Notes: generated from the letters alone by a model not told the origin. Positions 37,991 to 48,862 are shown, numbered from the whole stretch's first letter. The stretch is DNA of 63,258 nt, filler included, from 7 parts of 7 records of this genome joined end to end with filler, not necessarily neighbours in it; one strand, 5' to 3'. Translations and numbers: made by a program.

Positions 37991-39175
37991 GTCGGCTATG
38001 GCCGCGAAAGCATTGCCAATGCCGTTCGGGACCAATTGATCAAACTCAACTACTTTGCCGGATCTGCCGGGTCGGTTCCAGGCGCGCTTTTCGCCGAACG
38101 GCTGATTGAGAAGATGCCGGGGATGAGCCGCGTTTATTACTGCAACTCTGGCTCAGAGGCGAACGAGAAAGCCTTTAAGATGGTTCGTCAGATCGCGCAC
38201 AAGCGGTATGGCGGCAAAAAGCATAAGATCCTTTATCGTGAGCGGGACTATCATGGCACAACCATCGGCTGCCTATCAGCTGGCGGCCAGCAGGAGCGCA
38301 ATGCGCAATATGGCCCCTTCGCCCCCGGTTTTGTCGAGGTTCCGCATTGCCTTGAATACCGTGCTCAGTGGGATCTGACGGGCGAGGCCTATGGCCAACG
38401 CGCGGCTGATGCCATCGAAGAAGTTATTCTGCGCGAAGGACCTGACACTGTTGGGGCACTTTGCCTTGAACCTGTCACAGCTGGTGGCGGCGTCATCGCG
38501 CCACCCCTTGGCTATTGGCAGCGGGTTCAGGAGATTTGCCGCAAATACGATATTCTGCTGCATATCGACGAAGTTGTCTGCGGCGTTGGTCGCACCGGAA
38601 ATTGGTTCGGCTACCAGCATTACGGCATTCAACCCGACATGGTATCGATGGCCAAGGGGGTTGCTTCCGGCTATGCCGCGATTGCCTGCATGGTCACAAC
38701 CGAAGAAGTCTTTGACATGTTCAAGGATGATGCGGCGGATCCAATGAACTATTTCCGTGACATCTCGACATTTGGCGGCTGTACCGCTGGTCCTGCGGCT
38801 GCCCTAGAAAACATGCGCATCATCGAAGACGAAGGGTTGCTGGAAAACACAACCAAGATGGGCGAGCGGATGCTTGGCAATCTTCAGGCTTTGTCTGAAA
38901 AACACGCGGTCATCGGCGATGTTCGTGGCAAGGGTCTTTTCCTTGGGGCGGAACTGGTCGCAGATCGAGCGACCAAAGAGCCGATGGACGAGAAACGGGT
39001 CCAGGCGGTTGCTGCAGATTGTAACGCTCAAGGCGTGATCATCGGGGCGACAAACCGGTCTGTTCCGGGCTTTAACAATACCCTTTGTTTCAGCCCTGCT
39101 TTGATCGCGACAGCCGATGACATTGACCAGATTACGGACGCTGTTGATAAGGCACTGACCAAAGTATTCGGCTAA
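37991..39175 (+). CDS. tpa: Class III aminotransferase, probable taurine-pyruvate aminotransferase, 5'-truncated
   Basis: NSGSEANE, DYHGTT, DEVVCGVGRTG, MAKGVASGY; adjacent to a MocR regulator. Confidence 0.75.
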   Translation, partial: VGYGRESIANAVRDQLIKLNYFAGSAGSVPGALFAERLIEKMPGMSRVYYCNSGSEANEKAFKMVRQIAHKRYGGKKHKILYRERDYHGTTIGCLSAGGQQERNAQYGPFAPGFVEVPHCLEYRAQWDLTGEAYGQRAADAIEEVILREGPDTVGALCLEPVTAGGGVIAPPLGYWQRVQEICRKYDILLHIDEVVCGVGRTGNWFGYQHYGIQPDMVSMAKGVASGYAAIACMVTTEEVFDMFKDDAADPMNYFRDISTFGGCTAGPAAALENMRIIEDEGLLENTTKMGERMLGNLQALSEKHAVIGDVRGKGLFLGAELVADRATKEPMDEKRVQAVAADCNAQGVIIGATNRSVPGFNNTLCFSPALIATADDIDQITDAVDKALTKVFG

Positions 39176-39197
39176 ATCAACCGCCAGAACAGTAGAG

Positions 39198-39227
39198 AAG
39201 CCGGGGCAGAAAGCCTCGGCTTTTTTT
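39198..39227 (+). terminator. Rho-independent terminator
   Basis: AAGCCGGGGC-AGAAA-GCCTCGGCTT followed by T run. Confidence 0.75.
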
Positions 39228-39283
39228 GATGCAATGCATAAGTCCAGATTGCGAGACGCTTAAGGCCAGTTTACTGTTCAGCT

Positions 39284-40744
39284 ATGAGCATTCCCGTTGA
39301 AACCTTTTTCCTGACACCCGGTGGGCAAGGCACATTGCAGGCCCGTATCCAACAGATGGTGGCGCAGGGTATTCTATCTGGCCGTTTTGACAGAGGCGAG
39401 AAATTGCCGTCCACCCGGAGCATGGCGACACATCTTGGTGTCAGCCGGATCACGGTAACGCTGGCTTACACCGAACTCCTCGCCAATGATTACCTGACAT
39501 CCAAAGGGCGTTCAGGATACTATGTGTCCGACAACGCGCCCGACCCGCCACAATTCCCGTCCCCGCCAGAAACTGAAGATCAAGTCGATTGGAACCGAGC
39601 GATAGGACAACGTTTTGCGCAAGACGAGGATCTTGAGAAACCAAAGGATTGGGCACAGTACAAATACCCTTTCATATACGGCCAAGCAGACCCGAATTTG
39701 TTTGACCACGCCAATTGGCGGCTTTGTGCGCTCCAAGCGTTGGGGGCCAAAGACTTCACGGCCATGACGACGGATTACTTTGATCAAGATGACCCGGAGC
39801 TGGTTCAGTTCATTTCACGCCAAACACTGCCGCGTCGGGGCATAACGGCGCGACCCAGCGAGATCTTGATAACAATGGGCGCGCAAAATGCGCTGTGGCT
39901 GGCGGTTCAGGTCTTGCTGACACAACGGCGCACGGCGACGATTGAGAACCCCTGTTACCCCGCCCTGCGCGAAATTCTGAACCAGTCGCGGTGCCGAGTA
40001 GAAGCCGCGCCCATCGACGTGGATGGCTTGCGTCCCGAAGCCGTATCAGATGCCACGGATGTGATCTTTACCACTCCCAGCCACCAATGCCCGACATCTT
40101 CGACCATGCCTTTGCCGCGCCGACGGGCATTGCTTAACCGCGCGCGGGACATTGATGCTGTCATTGTTGAAGACGACTATGAATTCGAGATGTCGTTTCT
40201 TCAGTCCCCTTTGCCCGCCCTCAAAAGCTTGGATGGCGATGGTCGGGTTATCTATGTTGGCAGTTTCTCAAAATCATTGTTTCCAGGATTACGTCTTGGA
40301 TATCTTGTAGGTTCGCCAGAGTTCATCCGCGAAGCCCGCGCCCTGCGTGCCAGCGTGTTGCGCCATCCACCCGGCCATATCCAACGAACAACAGCCTATT
40401 TTCTGAAGCTTGGGCATTATGATAGCTTAATCAAGCGCACGTCCCGCGCTCTGCATGAACGTCGCAGAATGATGGATGAAACCTTACAGCGGCATGGGCT
40501 CACTGTTGCTGGCGCCGGCGTGCACGGCGGATCTTCTTTTTGGATGCGCGCGCCGACTGGTGTCGACACGGTCGAACTGGCCCGACGCTTGCGTCAGAAA
40601 AGTGTTTTGGTGGAACCTGGTCGTCCGTTTTTCAGTGGCGATGAGGCTGCCTCAAACTATTACCGTTTGGGCTATAGCTCGATTTCATCCAATCGGATTG
40701 ACGAGGGCGTGGCACTGATCTCTGAGGCGATAGACGCGTTCTAG
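39284..40744 (+). CDS. tauR: MocR/GabR-family regulator, TauR-like
   Basis: GntR HTH (LPSTRSMATHLGVSRITV) plus aminotransferase domain (EDDYEFE, SFSKSLFPGLRLGY). Confidence 0.7.
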   Translation: MSIPVETFFLTPGGQGTLQARIQQMVAQGILSGRFDRGEKLPSTRSMATHLGVSRITVTLAYTELLANDYLTSKGRSGYYVSDNAPDPPQFPSPPETEDQVDWNRAIGQRFAQDEDLEKPKDWAQYKYPFIYGQADPNLFDHANWRLCALQALGAKDFTAMTTDYFDQDDPELVQFISRQTLPRRGITARPSEILITMGAQNALWLAVQVLLTQRRTATIENPCYPALREILNQSRCRVEAAPIDVDGLRPEAVSDATDVIFTTPSHQCPTSSTMPLPRRRALLNRARDIDAVIVEDDYEFEMSFLQSPLPALKSLDGDGRVIYVGSFSKSLFPGLRLGYLVGSPEFIREARALRASVLRHPPGHIQRTTAYFLKLGHYDSLIKRTSRALHERRRMMDETLQRHGLTVAGAGVHGGSSFWMRAPTGVDTVELARRLRQKSVLVEPGRPFFSGDEAASNYYRLGYSSISSNRIDEGVALISEAIDAF

Positions 40745-41781
40745 AGCGACGCTTCGACCCGAAAATCAACCGGTATACCGTCGACGCCATCCAACACTAA
40801 GTCCGCCATAACCTGCGCAATTTTTGGGGCCATACCGAAGCCAATTTTAAATCCGCCATTGGCAATGAAATGGCCGCCTCTGCCGGGCCAAGCCCCAAGC
40901 ATCGGCGCGCGGGATTTAGCCCGTGGGCGCACACCGGCCCAACGTTCAATCACCTCGGCCTCGGCCAGTTCCGGCAAAGCTGCAATCGCCTTGGTGACCA
41001 GTTCGTGACATCGCGCATCAACCGCTGTCGGGTTTTTGAACACCCGTTCGCTGGTGGACCCAATGGCCGTTGTGCCATCGGCATGCGGAATAATGTGCAA
41101 CCCATCAACAAATAACTGCGGTGCTTCGGGGGCTGAATAGGCCAGCAAAGCCGCTTGGCCCTTCACCCCATTGCCCACGGGTTTCCGAAGCTCTTGACTC
41201 AGCGACAACAAGCCCTGCCAACCTGTGGCCCAGATGACCTGACCTTGGTCATCGGCTTCTGGCACGACCGACACGCCTTTGTTTTTCAGGGCCGCCACCA
41301 ATGCAGCACAAGCCTGGCGGGGATGCATGCGGCCACTTAGCGTATCAAACACATAATACCCCGTCGGGGACTCAGGGGACCAATGCGGCAAGGCCTGGCG
41401 GCGCACGACGTGCCACGTCGCCTTGCCCTGCCAAAGTGTCTCTGACGTTCTGGCACGGGCATGGGCAAAATCGACCGCGCGCAGGTCCAACAAAGGTTGC
41501 ACCCGCCCCAATCGCCCATAGCCCGCAGACAGGCCGCCCGTATCTTCTACGTCCTGCCAAAACGACTCGGCCATCAAGAGGCTCTCAAGTTGGAAGGCCT
41601 TTTTGTCGTTCCAGTTTTCCGGAACATGCGGGGCCAGTGCCCCCACAATCCCACCGCTTGAGCCGGCAGCCGCACCAAAGGGATCAACGACTTGCACCGA
41701 CGCGCCACGTTGCAAACATGCCCAAGCAATGGACAAACCAAAGGCGCCTGCGCCTCGCACTGTTACGTCGGCCATTGCCAT
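40741..41781 (-). CDS. FAD-dependent oxidoreductase (MnmC oxidase-half-like)
   Basis: VRGAGAFG, SSGGIVGAL, WAGVRPR; divergent from mnmD. Confidence 0.75.
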   Translation of the reverse strand: MAMADVTVRGAGAFGLSIAWACLQRGASVQVVDPFGAAAGSSGGIVGALAPHVPENWNDKKAFQLESLLMAESFWQDVEDTGGLSAGYGRLGRVQPLLDLRAVDFAHARARTSETLWQGKATWHVVRRQALPHWSPESPTGYYVFDTLSGRMHPRQACAALVAALKNKGVSVVPEADDQGQVIWATGWQGLLSLSQELRKPVGNGVKGQAALLAYSAPEAPQLFVDGLHIIPHADGTTAIGSTSERVFKNPTAVDARCHELVTKAIAALPELAEAEVIERWAGVRPRAKSRAPMLGAWPGRGGHFIANGGFKIGFGMAPKIAQVMADLVLDGVDGIPVDFRVEASL

Positions 41782-41829
41782 TTCGTCATTCTCGCTTCAA
41801 TTACAACCTGACACCTAAAGGACATTGTG

Positions 41830-42516
41830 ATGAACGACCAGAGTGACGGGCTAGACTGGCGTGACGAACGCATTCCCGTGTCCCGACGATTTGATGACCC
41901 CTATTATTCGCTCGACAATGGACTGAACGAAACGCGCCATGTTTTTCTGGCGGGCAACCGTTTGTCGGAACGATTTTGTGACGGGTTTCATATTGCGGAG
42001 CTGGGATTTGGGACGGGCCTTAACCTGCTGGCGGCTCTTCAGCTCTGGCGCGCAAGTGGCCAGACTGGGCGGCTGCACTTTACGACTTTCGAACTTTATC
42101 CGTTGGCCGCTGCGGACATGCTGCGCGCGCAAGCTGAATTTCCTGAGGTCAAAGAGTTGGCCGATGAACTTGCCCCCTTCTGGGCGAAGGACACACGCGC
42201 CTTTGAACTTCCAGATCTGACATTCTCGATGATCGTTGGCGACGCCCGGGAAACACTGCCCATTTGGCACGGCACAGCAGATGCGTGGTTCTTAGACGGG
42301 TTTTCCCCGGCGAAAAATCCGGAACTTTGGGGTGCAGAGCTATTGGAAGCTGTCGGCGCGCACACCGCGCCGGACGGCACCGCCGCGACCTATTCAGCGG
42401 CAGGTGCGGTACGCCGCGCATTGGATGCCGCGGGCCTCATGACCAGCCGTATTCCCGGATTTGGGCGCAAACGCCATATGACCGTCGCTCAAAAGGGAAC
42501 ATCCCATGCGCAATGA
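41830..42516 (+). CDS. mnmD: tRNA mnm5s2U methyltransferase (MnmC N-terminal domain)
   Basis: FDDPYYS, ELGFGTGLN, DAWFLDGFSPAKNPELW, GFGRKRHM. Confidence 0.9.
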   Translation: MNDQSDGLDWRDERIPVSRRFDDPYYSLDNGLNETRHVFLAGNRLSERFCDGFHIAELGFGTGLNLLAALQLWRASGQTGRLHFTTFELYPLAAADMLRAQAEFPEVKELADELAPFWAKDTRAFELPDLTFSMIVGDARETLPIWHGTADAWFLDGFSPAKNPELWGAELLEAVGAHTAPDGTAATYSAAGAVRRALDAAGLMTSRIPGFGRKRHMTVAQKGTSHAQ

Positions 42517-43369
42517 TACCAAGCTTGGGATTTGGCTGATGGTCGCCACCACAATTGTATTCGCCTTTCAGGATGGCATTTCCCGCCACTTGGCCGGCGA
42601 ATACAATGTCGTGATGGTCATCATGATCCGGTACTGGTTCTTTGCCGCCTTTGTCATTGCGATTGCTGCGCGAAAGACCGGTGGTTTGCGTAAAGTCATG
42701 AAGACAAGCCAACCTCTGTTGCAAAGTTTCCGGGCCATCCTGCTTGTTGTCGAGATCATCGTAACCGTCGTGTCTTTTACCTTTATCGGCCTGACCGAGA
42801 CCCATGCGGTTTTTGCCTGTTACCCACTGTTAATTGCCGCCCTTTCCGGCCCCATTCTAGGCGAGAAAGTCGGATGGCGCCGCTGGGCCGCGATTGGGGT
42901 GGGCTTTATCGGCATGCTGATCATTCTGGATCCCAGCCATGAAGTCTTTACACCTTTGTCGATCATCCCGCTGGTCGCAGCGCTCTTATTTGCGCTTTAT
43001 GGCCTTTTGACCCGCTATGCCGCACGGAAGGATACAGCCGAAACCAGCTTTTTCTGGACCGGTGCGGTTGGCGCGCTGTTTGTCACTGTGTTCGGGTTCT
43101 GGTCATGGGAGCCCATGATCTTGGGTGACTGGGGATGGATGGCTGTCCTTTGCTTGTCAGCCTCGTTGGGGCATTGGCTGCTGATCAAATGCTATGAAGT
43201 TGCAGAGGCAAGTGCCGTACAGCCGTTTGCATACCTGCAACTGCCGATGGCCTCTGCCTTGGGGATTATCGTCTTTGGTGAAAACTTACGGACCAACGTC
43301 GCGATAGGCGCGGCAATTATCGTCGGTGCGGGCCTGTTTACACTATGGCGTGCCCGCCAAAAGGGTTGA
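42506..43369 (+). CDS. DMT/EamA transporter
   Basis: 10 TM; LGEKVGWRRW, FGE motifs. Confidence 0.88.
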   Translation: MRNDTKLGIWLMVATTIVFAFQDGISRHLAGEYNVVMVIMIRYWFFAAFVIAIAARKTGGLRKVMKTSQPLLQSFRAILLVVEIIVTVVSFTFIGLTETHAVFACYPLLIAALSGPILGEKVGWRRWAAIGVGFIGMLIILDPSHEVFTPLSIIPLVAALLFALYGLLTRYAARKDTAETSFFWTGAVGALFVTVFGFWSWEPMILGDWGWMAVLCLSASLGHWLLIKCYEVAEASAVQPFAYLQLPMASALGIIVFGENLRTNVAIGAAIIVGAGLFTLWRARQKG

Positions 43370-45289
43370 GCCTTTCAGTTCTTGGCTAAACGGCACGGGA
43401 TGCGGTTTTTTCCCAAGCCGCGCGCGATAGATGGGCAGGCTTTCGGTCACACGCATCACATAGTTGCGCGTTTCACGAAACGGGATAAATTCGATCCAAT
43501 CGACGATATCAGTCTTGCTGCTGCGCGGATCCCCATAAAGCCCCATCCAACGGTCTGGACGGCTTGGGCCCGCATTATACCCGGCCGCCATTAGGACAGC
43601 GTTTCCGCCGTACCGTTTTGCAAGTTCTGCCAAATAGGCCGCGCCTAACGTGGCATTGTAATCGGGGTCGGACAGCAATTTTCCTGCGTCATATTCAAGG
43701 CCCAAGCGCGCGCTCACCTCTTTCGCCGTGCCCGGCATAACTTGCATTAAGCCACGCGCCCCGGCCCCACTTACCACAATTGGGTCAAATTCAGATTCCC
43801 GTCGAGCAATCGACAAGACAAGCTCCGTCGGCACAGGCCATTTTTCCTGGGCAATCGGATGCAGGGCATAATACGGACCGGGCACCTGAATTTCATAATC
43901 CGCAGCCCGTTTCCCAAGCATGACCTGAATATGCGGTTGCTTCAGATCCTGAAGCATTTGGCCCATTTGACCAATCTGCGTGCGGTCAAGGGATTCAGCA
44001 AGATGCGTCAAGAAACGCTCGGCCAAGCTAAGTTCGCCCGAAGCCAGCAACAATATCGCGGCTTCAAACACCGAACTTTTGGTAAATTCTGCGTCTTGCC
44101 AAGGCGGAAATGTCTCATTGCCTTGCAACGCCGGATCAAAGGCAATCCCCGCGCGCTCGGCAGCCAAAAGCCCGTAAAAAGACGTTTGATATTCCGCGGC
44201 ATTTTCATAGGCACCTGCAGCGGAGGCTTTGTCGCCCAGCGCCTCATAACCGCGCCCCAACCAATACCCGGCCCGCCCACGGGAAATCGGGGTAGCTACT
44301 GCCGCGTTGAACCGCGTGAAATGAGTGATGGCCCGAGACGGTTTATTCAGAAAGCGCAGGGATAAATATCCCGACAACCACTCCAGATCAGCAAAAGTGC
44401 TGCCGTCGTTCAAGTGGTGCGGCGCTGCGATCCGATAGGCTTGAGCCGGGTTACCGTCTCTCATCGCGTCCCGTGCCAAAGTACGACGACGCCCTGCCCA
44501 GGCCCATGGCTCTCCCAGCGCCTCTGCCGAAGTCGAGCGTTCCAGCAAAAGCGCGATCGCATCTGACCGGCGTCCTTTGCGCATCCGCCATTCAAAACGT
44601 TCATAAGCCAGACCTGGATCACCTTTCAAGGAATCCGGCACGGCTTCAATTTTCAGATCCACGTCCGCTTCGGACTTGCGCAAGGCGATACGCGCCTCAG
44701 CCAGTTTACGACGCCCATCACTAACGTAGGGAAGCATGGCTCGTGCATTGTCTTCCCATCCGCGCCACAGCGCCATGTCGAGCCTTGCCCAATGGTGCGG
44801 ACGAACAACGTCGCCAAAGCTATCGATAAAGGCCGCGATTTCAGTCGAGGACAACGCCAATGTCCGCCACGCCAATACAACCGTTGCATGGGCCGCGCCT
44901 TGATCACCAGCAGCAAGAAACGCCCGTGCCAAAGACAATGCGCCAACACCCGTACGCGGGGTAAAATCCTCGAAGAAATCACGGACATCGGCATGGGACG
45001 CCTCAACAATGGCTTCTTCGCTCTTTTGACGCAAATAGGGCAACCCCGGCCAGTCGGGGTTTCGCTTCAAGAAATCTTTGACTTCCCGCGCTGATCCTTT
45101 CCCGGACCGCAGGTAATGCCACTCAATGACATCGCGCGCCGCGCTCCCGTCGCCGCGTGACACGATTCGCGCCTGAGCCCAATTCTCGGCACGCATCGCA
45201 GTCATAGCTTGTGACAATGGGCGAGAGTCCTCCTGAGCGGAAACCAACGTCGCCAAAAAAACAATAAGGACCGACAGAAAATGCCGCAT
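43343..45289 (-). CDS. slt: Soluble lytic transglycosylase (Slt70-like)
   Basis: Signal peptide; IARRESEF, GARGLMQVMP, AGYNAGP, ETRNYV. Confidence 0.9.
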   Translation of the reverse strand: MRHFLSVLIVFLATLVSAQEDSRPLSQAMTAMRAENWAQARIVSRGDGSAARDVIEWHYLRSGKGSAREVKDFLKRNPDWPGLPYLRQKSEEAIVEASHADVRDFFEDFTPRTGVGALSLARAFLAAGDQGAAHATVVLAWRTLALSSTEIAAFIDSFGDVVRPHHWARLDMALWRGWEDNARAMLPYVSDGRRKLAEARIALRKSEADVDLKIEAVPDSLKGDPGLAYERFEWRMRKGRRSDAIALLLERSTSAEALGEPWAWAGRRRTLARDAMRDGNPAQAYRIAAPHHLNDGSTFADLEWLSGYLSLRFLNKPSRAITHFTRFNAAVATPISRGRAGYWLGRGYEALGDKASAAGAYENAAEYQTSFYGLLAAERAGIAFDPALQGNETFPPWQDAEFTKSSVFEAAILLLASGELSLAERFLTHLAESLDRTQIGQMGQMLQDLKQPHIQVMLGKRAADYEIQVPGPYYALHPIAQEKWPVPTELVLSIARRESEFDPIVVSGAGARGLMQVMPGTAKEVSARLGLEYDAGKLLSDPDYNATLGAAYLAELAKRYGGNAVLMAAGYNAGPSRPDRWMGLYGDPRSSKTDIVDWIEFIPFRETRNYVMRVTESLPIYRARLGKKPHPVPFSQELKGSTLLAGTP

Positions 45290-45425
45290 GATCTTGCAAT
45301 TTCCGTTCTGAAAAGGAATAGACACAACCAAGAGGATATAGTGCGTCAGTGGGTCTTCAATACCTTAACTCATCATTGATGCTGTATTCACGAAGAATTG
45401 GTTAACGAAGCTAAAGGAGCGTATC

Positions 45426-45467
45426 ATGTTTAGAGGTTCAATGCCTGCCCTGGTCACGCCGTTCAAG
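45426..45467 (+). CDS. dapA: Dihydrodipicolinate synthase N-terminus, truncated
   Basis: AAGGAG RBS; MFRGSMPALVTPFK; divergent from slt. Confidence 0.8.
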
Positions 45468-45567
45468 NNNNNNNNNNNNNNNNNNNNNNNNNNNNNNNNN
45501 NNNNNNNNNNNTTAATTAATTAANNNNNNNNNNNNNNNNNNNNNNNNNNNNNNNNNNNNNNNNNNNN
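45468..45567. other. Artificial contig spacer
   Basis: N-run + TTAATTAATTAA + N-run. Confidence 0.99.
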
Positions 45568-45593
45568 CCGGGGAGTTTGAGGGGCAGCGCCCC

Positions 45594-46766
45594 TCATTCG
45601 TCCCGTGAAACCACCGCCATCCGGTCCAAAACAGCCCGCGCAGCGCGCAAACCGGGTGCCTCACCGCCCTGCCCCAACCGCGCCATGGTCAGCGCCATTG
45701 CGTCTTTCTGGGCATCCGGTGCTTTAAATACTGCCGCCAATCCGCCTGCGATCTGATCCGGCGTACAGTCAGGGCCCAGAAACTCGGGCACGACGCGGGT
45801 GTCAGACACCAAATTCACCAAGGTCACTGTATCGATCAGCGCCATCGCCTTGATCAAACGAAAGCTTAGCCAATGCATGCGGTAGGCAATGACCATCGGG
45901 GTCGCCGCTGCCGCCAATTCCAACGAAACCGTGCCAGATGCGGCCAGCGCAAGGTCTGCCGCCCGAAATGCGGCCAGCTTGCGCGTCTGCGCGTCCTCCC
46001 GGCTTAGCCCGCGCGGATCAAGGACTACCGGCGTGACCTCCCAATCCTGACAGGCCTCAATCACCGCATCGGCAACGGGGCCTGCTGCGGGGATGACAAC
46101 GCGCAGATCGGGCACGCCTTTGGCGAATTTCGCCACGGCATCGCCAAATACACCCGACAGCTTGGCCACCTCAGACCGCCGTGATCCGGGCAGAACCATC
46201 AACATCGGCGCGTCGCCAATCCCGAATTTCGAACGAAACGCCTGCGCTTGATCCTGCGTCGCCACGGGTTCGGCCACAACGGGATGCCCCACGAAATCAC
46301 AGTCCATGCCTTCGGCCTGCATCAATGGCGGCTCGAACGGGAACAGTGCGAGCACATGATCAATATAGCGCGCCATCTTTTTGGCCCGACCGGGGCGCCA
46401 TGCCCAGACTGTGGGGGCGACATAGTGAACCGTGCGAATGTCAGATTTCGCCTTGACCCGTTTGGCCACGCGCAGGGAAAAATCGGGGCTGTCGATGGTG
46501 ATCATCACATCCGGCTGCGCGGCGATCACGGCCTCGGCGGTCTCATTGATCCGTGCCATCAGCGCGCGGTATTTCGGCAAAATCTCGGCGATACCCATGA
46601 CTGACAGCTCTGACATGTCGAACCGGCTTTCCAGCCCTTCGGCGGTCATGTCGCTGCCGCCGATCCCCTCGAACGTCACATCAGAACGCAGGGATTTCAA
46701 TCCGGCCATCAAGGCACCGCCCAAGCGATCCCCGGACGGTTCGCCCGCGATGATAAACACCTTCAT
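45594..46766 (-). CDS. lpxB: Lipid-A-disaccharide synthase
   Basis: IAGEPSGD, IDSPDF, YVAPTVWAWR, LPGSRRSE. Confidence 0.95.
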   Translation of the reverse strand: MKVFIIAGEPSGDRLGGALMAGLKSLRSDVTFEGIGGSDMTAEGLESRFDMSELSVMGIAEILPKYRALMARINETAEAVIAAQPDVMITIDSPDFSLRVAKRVKAKSDIRTVHYVAPTVWAWRPGRAKKMARYIDHVLALFPFEPPLMQAEGMDCDFVGHPVVAEPVATQDQAQAFRSKFGIGDAPMLMVLPGSRRSEVAKLSGVFGDAVAKFAKGVPDLRVVIPAAGPVADAVIEACQDWEVTPVVLDPRGLSREDAQTRKLAAFRAADLALAASGTVSLELAAAATPMVIAYRMHWLSFRLIKAMALIDTVTLVNLVSDTRVVPEFLGPDCTPDQIAGGLAAVFKAPDAQKDAMALTMARLGQGGEAPGLRAARAVLDRMAVVSRDE

Positions 46767-47554
46767 TCCGGTGCCCGCGCCCAAAGAACCAGCCCCAGTT
46801 CATCGGCAAGGGTCACACAGCGTTCAGGCTCTAGCACGATCACCCCGCCTGCGGCGATCACAACACCAACTAGGCCCGCATTATGGGCAGCCTTGATCGT
46901 CGCAGGGCCAATCGTGGGCATGTCGATCAGACGGCTCTGGCCGGGTTTCGGCCCTTTGAACAGGATGGCGCGCGAGGTTTTCACCCGCTCTGGCAAGGTG
47001 GCCAGCAGATGATCCGTGCCGCCGATTGCCTCGATCCCGAACACCTGAGCGCCGCCAACAACGCAGCACTGTCCGATATCCAAAGGCGCAAGGGTCGCGA
47101 CCACTTGGGCGGCACGCGCGGCGTCTTGCTCCATCGCGGCGTCAGGACCGTGCGCGCCCAGAACGCCGGGCTGCGCAAGCAGATCAGGTGCCAGATCATG
47201 GGCGGCAATAACCGTCATGCCTGCTTGTTCGAATATGTCGATCAACACCCGCAGGGCACCGTCATCCCCTGCCGCCAACGCTTTTTGAAACAGCGGCACA
47301 AGCGGCATCGTATCGGCGTCCAGCTTTGACGGGTCAAAACGCGGGCGTGGCACGCTGCCACAGAAACAAACGCGGGTAATACCTTGGTCTTTCAACGCCT
47401 TGATCAAACTACCAAGGGTTTCCAGCCGAAAGGTCAACGCGGGCGTCAAACCCTCAACCGGCACATCCTCGTAGGCACAGACCAATGGGGCTTCTGCCTG
47501 CGTCGCTGCCACCCTTTGGGGCAGTCCGCCGCCCCCCGCGATCAGCGCCAGCAT
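46763..47554 (-). CDS. lpxI: UDP-2,3-diacylglucosamine pyrophosphatase
   Basis: LIAGGGGLP, DIGQ, IEAIGGTD, DMPTIGP; between lpxA and lpxB. Confidence 0.88.
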   Translation of the reverse strand: MLALIAGGGGLPQRVAATQAEAPLVCAYEDVPVEGLTPALTFRLETLGSLIKALKDQGITRVCFCGSVPRPRFDPSKLDADTMPLVPLFQKALAAGDDGALRVLIDIFEQAGMTVIAAHDLAPDLLAQPGVLGAHGPDAAMEQDAARAAQVVATLAPLDIGQCCVVGGAQVFGIEAIGGTDHLLATLPERVKTSRAILFKGPKPGQSRLIDMPTIGPATIKAAHNAGLVGVVIAAGGVIVLEPERCVTLADELGLVLWARAPE

Positions 47555-48336
47555 CAGCCCGGCGTCAGAAAGTGTCGGCCCGTGTCGGCCATGACAAAAT
47601 CGACGATCTCGCGGACGTAATCGCTTTCTGTCTCATCCCCCAACCGCTGCGCGCGGTCGTGGAACGTGCCTTCGCCCTGCGCCAACATCTGGAACGCGGC
47701 CCGCAATGCTGTGATGTCGCTGCGTGCAACACCGCGCCGTTTCAACCCGACAAGGTTCAACCCGTCCAAGGCACCGCGTGGTGCCTGCACCAGACCGTAC
47801 GGGATCACGTCATTGGTCACCATGGTCACGGCACCGATGATGGCCCCGTGGCCGATGCGCACGAACTGATGGATACCCGCAAGCCCGCCGATGATCACGT
47901 CGTCATCGATGATACAGTGGCCGGCAACGGCGCTGCTGTTGGCCATAATCACACGGTCGCCCAGAATGGCGTCATGCGCCACGTGGCAGCCTGCCATAAA
48001 CAGGCCGTCATCACCGATCTTGGTCAACCCGCCGCCGCCTTCGGTGCCGCAGTTCATGGTCACGTGTTCGCGGATGCGGTTGCGCTTGCCAATCACCAGA
48101 CGGCTCGCCTCGCCCTTGAATTTCAAATCCTGCGGGATTTCACCGATCACCGCGAACTGAAAGATAACCGTGCCCTCGCCGACCTCGGTCTGGCCGGTAA
48201 CGATGGCGTGGGATTTCAGAACGACATCCGCATGCAGCACGACCTGAGGGCCAACGACACAAAAAGGGCCGACCGTGGCCGACGGGTCAATCTGCGCGCC
48301 CTCTTCGATAACCGCACTTGGGTGAATATGGCCCAT
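47554..48336 (-). CDS. lpxA: UDP-GlcNAc acyltransferase
   Basis: IHPSAVIE, PQDLKF, HVAHD, IHQFVRIG hexapeptide repeats. Confidence 0.95.
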   Translation of the reverse strand: MGHIHPSAVIEEGAQIDPSATVGPFCVVGPQVVLHADVVLKSHAIVTGQTEVGEGTVIFQFAVIGEIPQDLKFKGEASRLVIGKRNRIREHVTMNCGTEGGGGLTKIGDDGLFMAGCHVAHDAILGDRVIMANSSAVAGHCIIDDDVIIGGLAGIHQFVRIGHGAIIGAVTMVTNDVIPYGLVQAPRGALDGLNLVGLKRRGVARSDITALRAAFQMLAQGEGTFHDRAQRLGDETESDYVREIVDFVMADTGRHFLTPG

Positions 48337-48794
48337 CAGGACATGTCCATCATGGCTGTGAATTCGACTTCGGCAGCCATCTCGCCCTCGACGCTGGCCA
48401 CGCCGCCAAAGCGCCATACCTTGCCGCCCGCCTTGCCGCGCAGGGTTTTCAGCTCCATCCGCAGAACGTCGCCGGGAATGACCTTGCGGCGGAATTTACA
48501 TTTGTCGATGGCCATGAAGTAAACCTTCATTTCCTTATCCGCCATCTCAAGCGTCACACCGACCATCACAGCAGCGGTTTGTGCCATCGCCTCGATGATT
48601 GTGACACCGGGCATGATCGGCATGCCGGGGAAATGCCCCTGAAAATGCGGTTCGTTCATGGTCACGTTTTTCAGGCCCACGGCGCTTTCTGTGCCTTGGA
48701 TATCAACCACCTTATCGACCAGCAGAAACGGGTAACGATGGGGAATGATCCGCTGGATCATCTGGATGTCAGCGCTTGGCAGGGTGTCAGTCAT
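48336..48794 (-). CDS. fabZ: 3-hydroxyacyl-ACP dehydratase
   Basis: [24 protein letters not shown]. Confidence 0.95.
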   Translation of the reverse strand: MTDTLPSADIQMIQRIIPHRYPFLLVDKVVDIQGTESAVGLKNVTMNEPHFQGHFPGMPIMPGVTIIEAMAQTAAVMVGVTLEMADKEMKVYFMAIDKCKFRRKVIPGDVLRMELKTLRGKAGGKVWRFGGVASVEGEMAAEVEFTAMMDMS

Positions 48795-48862
48795 TGCGGG
48801 TCCTGTCTTTTGAAAAACTATGTCTGGCTAGCAATATTGCAGCACTTGAGCAAGCGGGCGGT

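Noticed and set aside
43343-43369. 27-bp convergent overlap between DMT and slt
   Set aside because: Short tail-to-tail overlaps are commonplace
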